From: Chrysomallon squamiferum | Taxonomy: Eukaryota; Animalia; Mollusca | Assembly (NCBI GenBank): GCA_012295275.1 | Contig: CM022669.1 | Coordinates: 17,298,001-17,362,000, forward strand | Direction: 5' to 3' | Length of the DNA: 64,000 nt | In this document: piece by piece, positions 41,441-52,580 of the stretch | Numbering within the stretch: the stretch's first letter is position 1 | Layout of the letters: each line of letters begins with the position of its first letter | Made by a program: the position numbers and the translations under genes | Notes under the pieces: model-generated | What the model was told of the DNA's origin: nothing | The model's input: the letters and a program-made list of their open reading frames with translations, nothing else | Databases searched by the model: none

Positions 41441-43750
41441 AAGTATTTTACTGTCACTTAAAAAATATATATTTTGATAATATATTTTGATATTCAATAG
41501 TTTAATTCTTTTTTTTTCTTTTTTTAAGGTACTGATTTTGTTGTTGTTGTTTTGTTACTGCTGTTGCTGTTTTCCTACTGACAAAATTCAGCTGAAATAT
41601 TGTTGTAAATACTGTTATTCAAAGTGAGTACTGATCAAATTTCAGTAATAGAACTAATGAAAAACTGAATAATTGTATTTGTTCATGGTAAATTAGTTTT
41701 CACAATTGATTTATTAAAATATTGCATTAAAACACAGAGTGGCAAAAATAACAAAGACTTCAAATACAATTAACAGTCTGAAACGTGGCTTGTGTTGTTT
41801 TGTTGTTGCTGTTTTTTAATTTCTACCTTTATTTCTTTTATTTTTTTTTTTTTTTTATATTATTTTATTTATATATATATATATATATATTTACAGAAAA
41901 AGTGTCAATGAAAATATCAGATTATAAATGGCATTTGTTTCTTTAAAATGTATTAAAAATTATATATAACAGCTGACTTTAACTCAAGTCTGAAATAACA
42001 TTAAATGATAAATGAATGCTTCCAGAGCAGCAAACTACCATTTCATAAAAGCATCAGACCTTCAAGAAATTTCTACACTTCTGTTTAAGCTTAAGTCTAC
42101 GCTCAAGGTTTAAACAGAGATCATGCCAAGATGTAATCAAGCTTCAAGATACTGTTATACCTATATTAATGCTTTGTAAAAACATTTTTTTTTTTTTAGC
42201 ATGTTGTAACTGGATAATATTGTGAACAGAAGCTAAAATATACATTAAAAAAAAATATGTTATTTTAAAACAGTTGTATAATGGAGGATCTTTTATCACA
42301 TTTTTAAATTTTATTTAATTTTCTTTTAATTATTCTTCTTCTTTTTTTATTATTATTTATTTATTTTATTATTAAGATGGGAGAATGAGGGTGGGTGGAT
42401 TTCTAGAATAATGGTTATTTAAAGTTAATTCTCCTCTTTTTTTTTGCTGTGGAGACAAAATACTGTTATCTTATTTCTTTCAACTTCAAATAAAAATATT
42501 TTAGGTACGCTGTTGTTGTTCTTTTATCAAAATAAAAACATGTCAAATAGAGCCTTTAACTCAAACAACAACAAAAAATGTAGCATTCATTTTTTAATTT
42601 GAAATATAACAAACAAACAAAACAGCCATGCTAAATATCTGAACACAAACAAAAAGAAAAAAAATGTAGGTGAAAACAAAGATTAAGAAGCAGAACAACC
42701 ACCATACTTCCAGATAAAGGTCTGTCCAAACAAAAACTCCCAAAGAAAATGAAAAATCCAGCTGATAAAAACAAACAAAAGAAAAACCAAAAACAAATTG
42801 GGATCCATGGTCCAAACATTGCCAGGATAACTAGCATGTGACTTACCAAATATATTAATGTTGTTAGTTGCAGACAGGAGGTGTCCATGCAGTGCGTAAG
42901 GAAAACCACAACAACAACATAATATTAACATGAATGGGAAACAAACAGATTATCAAATATTTTACATTACTAATAGTGAAATAATATTCTTTAAAATACT
43001 TGTTGCGGAAATACAATATTTTGCTGATAGATCATTGCACAACATGGTATTCAATAAATAAATATTTTTATCTTAGTATCAGTTATAATTCTAAAATCTG
43101 CATATGAAAGAAAATCATTTAAGAAAAAAAAAGTATAAGAAATTAAAACTATTAAGAGAGAAGAATAATACATTTCTTTATTTTTGTAGAAAACAATCAA
43201 ATGGCATTGTATTATTGTAATAAATATCAGAATTAATTCTTCAGTTAAAAGGAAATTAAATCACATATTCTTCATTGTTCTCATCTTACAACTTTTTCAT
43301 CACAAACATTAAATATGCAACTCATAAATTTATAAAAAGGATTTGTTTTTTCAAAATTTTAGGTAATCAGAATATTCTCAAGATAAAATATAAATATGAT
43401 ATTTTGTAATGAGCTTTAGAGAAATTTCCATGTTGTTGTTGTTATTATTATTATTATTTTTTAATGTTTTTTTTCATGACAAATGTTAGTGTAATAAACA
43501 TTCTGTACCTTTATGCAAAAATTTAATAATAAGACATAAATTAAATAAATATATTTTATTAATGATTTCACTTCAAAACCTTTACCTCTTTTAAATTAAA
43601 CCTAAAAATGTGTGAAACAAACAGTCAACATAACAGCTTAAAAGTTTATTTCATTGATAATAAGTAATGTTATTACTTCATTTAATATTTTGGCATAATG
43701 CAAAAGAAACTGAAAATAACAAATAAACACTGCACCTTTTGAAATTCAAA

Positions 43751-43950
43751 AATGAATGGATGCTTAATGCATTTCCAGGGTAAAGACAAAATTATGAAAG
43801 AAGAAACGTTTTATTTAACAATGCATTTGACCACTTACTGTCACATCCCCAAATACTTGTTGCTATCATATTATGGATTGTTATTATTTGACATCAAAGT
43901 CTAGTTTATATATATCTGAGAAAACACATACCATAGCCTTTGATTAACCC
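43751..43950 (-). mobile_element. Degenerate SINE remnant
   Basis: GAAAGAAGAAACGTTTTATTTAAC tail-like segment plus CACATACCATAGCCTTTGAT core-like segment; apparently the same family as 33866-34095. Confidence 0.35.
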
Positions 43951-44678
43951 CTAAAACAGTATTTAAAAAGGAAACTTTTATTTTATATATGTATATATGT
44001 ATGGACCATATTCCTCTATCTTTACAGCATATCAGTTATAAATCTTTTTTTAGTTTGACCTTATTGATGTATCTTTATCAGTCTATTTTAATTATTTTTT
44101 AAATTTTTATTTAGTTATTTATTTTTAAATTTTTTATTTTATTTTTTAATTTTTATTTTTTTAATTTTAAAACAAAATATAAATAATGATGCTTTATAAT
44201 CACAAATCAAAAAAATCTACAACTTTTATTTTTTATTTATTTTCTTTACATGGACATGAGTCATCTATCTTTGAAATAGTTCTTAAAATGCCTGTATCAT
44301 TTACAGATTTATTTATTCCATACAAGTGACATAATTTTGTGAATGGCCAGATTTAGCATGCAAAATGGAACAACTCAAAATGCATATCTAACCAAAGCAT
44401 ACTTAAAGAACTATACGTATATGTAACAACTAACACTAAACAACTTAATCAGCAAGCACGAACTGAAATATTTTCAACTAAAATGAATGCAAAATAACAA
44501 GCACGATACTGTTTTCTTTTTTTTCATCGAAACTATTTTTATTCTGAAATATCAATTTCAAACGGTGAGAATTAATTCAAAATGCACAATCACACTGAAA
44601 TTATGTTTCTCAAGTTTTAGGTCAGTCACAAAATGCAGAAAGAGAACTGACTTTTAATACAAGTTTTATTTTCTTGTT

Positions 44679-44698
44679 AAAGGTGAGTAAAAACAGGC
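44679..44698 (-). other. Downstream arm of a putative pre-mRNA stem (GCCUGUUUUUACUCACCUUU)
   Basis: + strand AAAGGTGAGTAAAAA(ca)GGC is the reverse complement of 46001-46018. Confidence 0.5.
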
Positions 44699-44719
44699 TA
44701 TTCTGTAAGATGCCCTTAC

Positions 44720-44752
44720 CCGAGGGACGATTGCGAAACTTGAAACGAAATG
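44720..44752 (-). CDS. APBA: Candidate 33-nt cassette microexon (inserts AFRFKFRNRPS)
   Basis: U-rich tract with acceptor tctttgaattcag, donor CGG|GTAAGG. Symmetric phase 1-1, no stop, CpG-rich island in a very AT-rich intron. Confidence 0.65.
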
Positions 44753-45478
44753 CTGAATTCAAAGATGAAACAACAAAATCAAACAACTCAAATTAAATGA
44801 AAAAAGATTTCTAATATTACGTTGTTTATGAATCATATTTATTATATTAGAATATTTTGAATTATTTTTAGCATTATCTTGAACAGTAGTATTTGTTTGT
44901 GGATCATGTTGTTTGAAGTTAAAAACATTTATTTTTAACTATTAATGCTATCTTTGATTCATTTTCAAACGGAAATTACTTCTTTTTTTATATATATTAT
45001 TTAATTGCCATTAATATTGTTTTAAGTATCATTACATAAGGACAAGTAATAATAATAATTGAAACTCAAAAATTCAAGATTACATAAGTTATCAGTTTTT
45101 ATTTAATCCATCATTTTATTATTTTTTATTTTTATAAGAAAGAATAACTGGTTAGCCATTAAATATATGTTTTAGACTTAAGTATTAACTTCAGTATCAC
45201 TATTTTTATTTTTTATTTTTATTATTTATTATTATTATTATTTTATATGCTGATTAAATAAAAAATAAAAGATTTCTTTTATGAGTTGATTTATGAAGGG
45301 AAATAACTCTGTCTCCTAAAGCTTAATCCAGATCTTCCAGTGAAGGAATGTCACTTCAAAAACTGATTTCATTTCTCAGAAATATAAATGACAGCATCGA
45401 GTACTGTCCATATTATATCTTTCTAATATTTATTCTTAGTTAATAATAATTAAATTAAATTAAATTAAATTAAAAAAA

Positions 45479-45513
<35 letters not shown>

Positions 45514-46000
45514 CAAAAAAGATAAAACTACTGTAATTATAAAAGAATTGTAAAAAGAAAAACATAATATAAATTATTGGGATTTCTTTTATTTATTTTT
45601 TTATTTGTTTTATTTTTAAAGTACTGTAAAACATAAATAAAAAAATAACCACCTTTGAATGTAAGTAACAAAATAAAATGTCGTTTAAAAATAAAACAAA
45701 ATAATCTTACAGTATAAATAAAGAAAAATTAATTTTAAAATAAACTGCAATAAAACAAAATAAAATAAGCTTCCATTATATATGTATAACAAAGTAAAAT
45801 TTCATTTCAAATAAAACAAAATAACAAAATAATTTAAAATAAATAAAAACTGAATTAAAATAAAAAAAATAAATTTTTCATCTACTTTTATAAATTAAAT
45901 AAACGTAAAAAAAATAAATATTTAATAATAATTAAAATAAACAAAAGTTCTCTGATATTAAAAATCTGATGTAATGAATATTCTGGTTAGCTTGGTGCTG

Positions 46001-46018
46001 GCCTTTTTACTCACCTTT
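46001..46018 (-). other. Upstream arm of a putative pre-mRNA stem (AAAGGUGAGUAAAAAGGC), containing a consensus 5' splice site
   Basis: + strand GCCTTTTTACTCACCTTT, complementary to 44679-44698. Confidence 0.5.
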
Positions 46019-46088
46019 GTAAAATGTAAAAACAACAACACTGGAAGCTAAATGTTTAAAATTGATAGCTTACATTGTTCTCGCTCAC

Positions 46089-46119
46089 CTTCTTTAGCTC
46101 TTGATCGACGTTTCTCTGC
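46089..46119 (-). CDS. APBA: APBA small exon (AEKRRSRAKE)
   Basis: Acceptor gttgcag, donor AAG|GTGAGC. 31 nt, phase 0 to phase 1. It is needed to reconcile the phases of exon 46770-46882 and the first PTB exon. Confidence 0.85.
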
Positions 46120-46769
46120 CTGCAACACACAATATATCAAGACTTTTTTATACAAATTTATTTATTACAAAATTAATACAAAATTAGTTAGCAAAATACC
46201 TATCCAAACAACATGAATACATTTTTTTTAATAATTATTATTCTAGGAACAAAGATTTATTGCAAGTCAAAACAGTGACTGCAAAAAGCATCATTCATCA
46301 AAACAATGGGAACTAATATTTTAAATATGCTGTGTTCATTACATATATCAACATTTAATATATTTATTTGTTACTTCATCCAGGTGGGTCAAAGAATGAC
46401 TTTTAGATTTCTTGATAAAGGTTCACAGCATATGCATCAGCAATGTCTTTTCCCATTGCAGATTTGGATTAGTATGTCAGTAATTTGTTGTTGTTGTTTT
46501 TTTTTCCTATTTCAGCAAAGGTCGATGAAATCATAACTGAGTTCAAGAGTCAACTTTGAAATGATGTTTTTATTGTAATACTGATATTTGAGAGAAAGTT
46601 GCTTTCGCTGTTGTTTTTGTAGATTTTTGTTTGTTTGCTTTTTTTTTCAAAGAAGAGAAATTAATGAAATTGTTTTTTATTTCACCAAAAAAAAGAGAAA
46701 TTTAAGAAATTAAAAAAAAAAAAAAAAATGAGAAACGTGAAGTTTTAGTTATTAAAAATAATAACATAC

Positions 46770-46882
46770 CTGTGCACTCCTGTTCACAGGTGGCTCAGTA
46801 AGTTCAGGTATTTCGACATACTGGTCACGGCGCTGGTACTGTTTCTGTAGCAACCGGTCTGTCTCTTCATCCGTGTCCGAAT
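46770..46882 (-). CDS. APBA: APBA exon (DSDTDEETDRLLQKQYQRRDQYVEIPELTEPPVNRSAQ)
   Basis: Acceptor tttgtag, donor CAG|GTATGT. 113 nt, phase 1 to phase 0, open frame. Confidence 0.85.
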
Positions 46883-48120
46883 CTACAAACATCGGAAGTG
46901 TTTATGGATTAAAAACAATTCTTATAAAATAAAAATTTTTTTTTTTTTTATTATTTTTTTTTTTTACAATGTTTACAAATATTTCTTTTTAACATAACTG
47001 TATCCAGTACATTAAAAAAATAAAAATGTATATATATTTATTTTATTATGTGTTAAAACAATTAAATTATTTTATTAACACTAAAATACATACTAACTTG
47101 GGCACCCATACTCATATCAGATGAAACTAAATGTAATAATAATATATATATATATATATATATATACAGATTCAAAGTAACTGGTGTATTTAAGTAATAA
47201 TCAACTTATGTGCACTAAAATAAAAACCAACCAATCAAGTGCTTCTTCTAAAAGTTGATGAATTTTGTGTTTTATATTAAATGTTATTTTTGGAAGAGGC
47301 GATAACACTGAGATTGGTTATTCTTTGTTTTTATAATGTATAATTTTGGGGACTGGAAGAACAATTTTGTTTGGAAGGTTATATATGCTTATTTAACTGG
47401 CATTAAATATGTCTTTACTAAATGATATAAACTTGGGTTGTTTGTTGAGTGTTGTTTTCATGTTTTCTTCATTTATCTTTTTTTGTTTATTTGTTTTTTG
47501 GGGTGTTTTTTTTTTTGGTGGGATGGGGTAGGTGTATGTATATATGTATTTCTTTGTTTTGTTTGAAATTCCATGCCATCAGTAAGTGTAAAGAAACTCC
47601 AATTCAGCATCATTCATGTGTTTTTTAAAATGACAAAGCTTGTTCATGCAGAAAGTTATGCCATATAATGTAAAATAAAAATTAGATGAATTATTAATTA
47701 TTTGGCTGCTTCCTGAAACTGTGGACAAATTGTAGTTTGCTGGGGGTCTAGGTAAAATCACATTTTTTTCAAGCAAGCATTCATGGCATGAAAGAAATAA
47801 AGGGGGAAAAAAAATTAAGAAATCATGATAAACAGAAGACAAAAATATTTTCTATTCTACTATGTCAAACATGAAAGAAATTATGCAAAACTTAATAAGG
47901 AAATTATTAAATTAAATTAAATAATATTTTCAAAACTACATACATAAACATCCATGCTTATATAAACGGAAAATTTCATTCTCATAATGCATACACATTT
48001 ATTTTCGTAATCAAAATTACTTCCATGCAGAGAATAATAATAATAATAACAATAATAATAAAGATATATTTAAAACTTATTTCCTTATCTGACTCAGTAA
48101 ATAATCAGCTCAGAAAATAC

Positions 48121-48411
48121 CTCCATGCACCTCCCGAACATACGCATTCTGTGAGGCTGGCTCAAGATCACTGGCACAGTCTTCAGTGGAAGAATATTCA
48201 GAATTGCGATCGTTTTGCAATGTGTGGTTGGAGTTGCACGGTGCCACGTAGCCCGAACGCACACCGCCATCGGGACTGACGTGCACACCGTTCTGGGCAC
48301 ACACATGCTCAAGTGAATCGTCTTTTTGTAGGGCGGCGTATTTTTTGCCTTTGTTTCGACGTGTGTATTGAATGCCTTCCCTCTCTTCATACTCATCGTC
48401 AGACTCATAGC
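48121..48411 (-). CDS. APBA: APBA N-terminal exon (GYESDDEYEEREGIQYTRRNKGKKY...NAYVREVHG)
   Basis: Acceptor tttgtttatag, donor GAG|GTATTT. 291 nt, symmetric phase 1-1, GC-richer than its flanks. Lies within ORF 48110..48433. Confidence 0.8.
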
Positions 48412-49141
48412 CTATAAACAAAGAAGCATGCAAGGTTCATGACAGCATGCAGAGAACAAATGCACATACATGACTATGTTCACAGTAAAACGACTTGTCA
48501 TTCAGAGATCTAACTAGTTAGCCAGACTTTTTTAACACATGCTACGTGGATGTATTAATAATAAAAATTAAAAAAAAAGGATTTTTATTGTTTGTTTTGG
48601 TGTGGTTTTTTTTATAAATATATATTTTCTGCTCAGAGTATTTGTAGTTTTTTTAAATATATTTGTTCTGAAGGAGTTTTATAATTCATAGATTTTTGAG
48701 GATGTTGTTTTAGACTATGAACAATTAATAAAGATTATTTTAATTTGTTTAATTTACACTTAAATTCTGAAATTGTAATTGTCTTTCAAATATGAATATA
48801 GTTTGCAAAACTACTAAATGTTAAATGCTCAGACATTTAAATTATTTTTTTTTTTTTTTTTTTTTAAATATTAACAGGTTTTGTCTTCTTTTTTTGCCCC
48901 ATTTTGTCAATTCATTTTTTTCAGTATCAAAAATTAAAAATTAATAATTTTCCTAAATGTAAATTGTAATGACTTTATGAATGGCCAAACTGTCAAATTT
49001 TTTATAAATAAATTTTAAGTATTAATTTTTTAAATACATTATTTATTACAATTTAAAAACAAAATTTATTCTGCTAAATAAATATTATGAGTATTATAAT
49101 TATATGAATATAGGATAATTTTTTAGATAAAATCTCCAGAA

Positions 49142-49191
<50 letters not shown>

Positions 49192-52100
49192 ATAAAAATA
49201 TTTCAATATTATGACAAAGTTTAAATATAATTCAGAACAAGTTTTGAAAACCTATTATACACAAAATTCTAAAAACTCACACATTTAAAATTATACACAC
49301 TTGCTAAATTATCAACATTAATACATCATAAAAATAATCTCAAATGCAACATTATCTAAGAAATATAAATCTATTCTATTTCCAGTGAACATGCCTATAT
49401 ACCATGCATTTGTTTCTTCATAACACCTGATTAATTATATCTGCCTGTGTGCATTATTTTGGTGTTTTATTGATACACAAGTACTGTTCAAATCACTTCA
49501 TTATTTTATTACTAATTCATCTCATGAAAATCAGTGGCACAGAAATTTATGTCTTTTATATGGAAAACACCAAAATCTATTTAGAAATCTTCTCTTGGTA
49601 TGCTTACATGAATGTCACAAAATTACTAGTTTTGGTATACCACTATTATGACTATACCTAAAGAATACATTTGACAACACAATTTTTTCAGTGCTATAAC
49701 TAAATTTTATCATTTTTTTTTTTTATTTTACATATCAGTATCAGCAATTTTTGGTGTCTTATTAACAGATCAAAGAACAATGAAAAACATTTAATTTCAT
49801 TAATTAATAATAAAAAAAATATTTTCACTATTTTTCTTTCTTTCTTTCAAATGATAATATATAATGTGTATGGATCATGAATATAAATATTTAAATTTAC
49901 TCTTTTTTTTATTTTTTTAAATTAAATTAAATATGGAACATTACTAAGAAATGATCATTTTCTTTTCTTTTAATCGTCTTCTTTTTAAATTCCTTTCAAA
50001 TTTTTTTTTTTAAATAATCAGAATCATCCAGACATCTGACATCAGCATCAAAATCTTTTTAAAATAAACAGTAAATGTATTCAAAAAGACACCAAAGAAA
50101 AAAAAAAGAAAAAAAAAAGCACACTGCAGGAGTTCTAAGAAAATAATTCCAGACTTTAGATTTCATAAATAAAGATTTAATATATGTTTTCTTCTCATTA
50201 CCTTAAGTAGTTATATGCTTATATATTTATACAGTATAGGATTAGTGCTGTAACAATTTTATTAAGTAACACGATTTATAACTACTTACTGATCATATAT
50301 TCAATAACATTACTTCATTTCTAATACACACACACACACAGAGTACAAACACATGACAAAAACTTTTAATCACAAGCACAAATGCACACACAAACACAAA
50401 CACACACACACACACACACACACACTTGTTTTTTCATAAAATGGTTTATCTCCATATACTACTTGGATTATCTACGCTAGCAGTTATCTTAAATATTAAT
50501 CTATTAATAAACTATCTAACACTGTGCACATTAAGAGACATGCATATATGACAACATAATCAATGACCATGCTATCATTTGCAAAGACAAGCAAAAAATG
50601 GTGGTTGCATAATGTAGAAAAGAAATATTAAAAGATTTCTAATTATACAGATATATGAGTTAAATGCAAAGATTTTAAAGATAGTAAGAAGTATCAGGAT
50701 TACATTAAGAGAATTTAAAACAGCATTACTTATAAATCCTTTTAGCAAGTTCTGGCATCTCTTATTAAATGGAAATTACCGTTATTTCTATGTTAATATT
50801 TCAGTAGTGACATGGCAAAGATAAATGATAGGAAGATGTGAATGTTACGCAAGTAAATGCTCTTTCTAGTTTAATTTTTACATAATAAACATTTTTGAGG
50901 GTACTTTTTTGTCTATGTGTGGGTGTGTGTGTGTAGGTTTCTGTATATTTGTGTTAATTTGTATGTATGTTTGCATTCTTGTGTTTTTGCATGTGGAAGG
51001 GTGCATTTAGAAAATGAAATAAATATCAACTGAGTTACTTTTCAAAAACAGAAAAAAGATTGTGAAAACAAATACCAAAAAGTTGAGAGACAAAAAAAAA
51101 AAAAATAAAGAAAATTAAACTGAAATAGCAAAGTTTTATAGCAGATTTTTTACTATTATTTATGTATGTTTTTATCAGGGGATCTAACAGGAAAGGCACA
51201 GAACATGCATGACTCAACTTTTTGGCAATCAGTATTTGACTGCTTTTATTTTTTTTTTTTTTTTTCTTCTGTGTAATGAAATTTATTTAGTTTTGCCCCC
51301 TTTGTGTTCTGTTTTCTCAATATGTTAAGCAGGAATAAATTCTAGTTGCAAGATCTATATATTACACAACTTGTTATATATTAAAGATGTTCTAAAATAA
51401 ATATGTAAGAGGAACCCATGAAGATAATGTTAATTTCATTTTCTAAGATATGTAAATTTCAGAGGTTAAAGTCAGATTTGTGAGACATACAGTTTTTTTA
51501 AAATAAATATTTATGGAGATATACACCATTAAATAAATAATAAGTATTTCTTTCTTTTTTTTCTGTTTGATTTAAAAATATATTTATTTGTTGACAATGA
51601 ATGCAATTCAAAACATTTATACTTACAGCTATTTTGTTTTAATTTTGAAAATGAATTATTATTTTTATTATAATATTTTTATTTTTATTTTTTATTATTA
51701 TTTTTTTTATTTTGGCTCTATCTTGAAAGGCTGTTTTTAATACCATGTACAAAAAATTAAAAATTACAAAAAAATAAATTTTATAAATGTACTATTCAAT
51801 ACAACGCACGGCACAGTTAAACAAAATTTAAAATCTATTTCCTTCACACATGCAATATATATCAAGATAAAACTTTACACATTTCATTAATTTAAAAAAA
51901 AAAGACTATTAAAGATAAATCATGCAAGCTAAAATTACATTTAAAAAAAAAAGCTAATTAACCATTTAAAAAGGCATCCCTTTGCAAATATTGTAAGGAC
52001 CACTAATACAGGCTATTCGTACTGATTTCAGAATTAATAATAAGCGACTGAATTAAAAACAACTAATTTCTCCAAAATAATAAACACAGATGTTACCATT

Positions 52101-52357
52101 AACACAAACAATTAAAGACACTATTAACATGAACAAGTAAAATAATCATTAAAAGTGGATTTTTTAATATGTTTTTTTATATTTCAGCATTTGCAGCTGG
52201 TAATATCTGCATATAAACAAAAACTAACAGATTCAAGTTTTTTATGTTAGAAGAAGACTTCAAAATATTATGTTAAGCAACTGCTCTATGTAACATGTTT
52301 AATCTATTCCTACTCTGATATATTCAAGGTTAAACTCTGATATATTTTAAAAAGTCA

Positions 52358-52580
52358 TTTGATTAATTTTGTGAACATAATATTTCAAGACCTGATCAAG
52401 TCCATGGAACCAGTTTCTTCTAAATTCTCAAATTTTCATTAACTTTCATTATTAAATTTGACTTTTTTAATGTATTATCTTTTTGTATTTGATTAATTTT
52501 GTAAACATAACATTTCAAAACGTGATCAAGTTCACATTTATCTTAAATGTTAGAAATTTCATTAACCTTTTATTCTCATA
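52358..52580. repeat. Diverged tandem duplication, period about 130 bp
   Basis: TTTGATTAATTTTGTRAACATAAYATTTCAARACSTGATCAAGT at about 52358 and 52488. Confidence 0.7.

Noticed and set aside
48025-48408. Alternative-frame and antisense ORFs over the 291-nt exon (similarly 39146..39352 and 56113..56349 at other exons)
   Set aside because: Shadow ORFs of genuine GC-richer APBA exons.
50780-50787. ag|AAATAACG|gtaatt candidate microexon
   Set aside because: 8 nt, frameshifting, poor pyrimidine tract.
52010-52021. 12-nt in-frame candidate microexon; includes ACAGGCTATTC, also seen at 44693-44703
   Set aside because: Weak donor (CCT|GTATTA) and acceptor. An 11-mer direct match is expected by chance in 64 kb.
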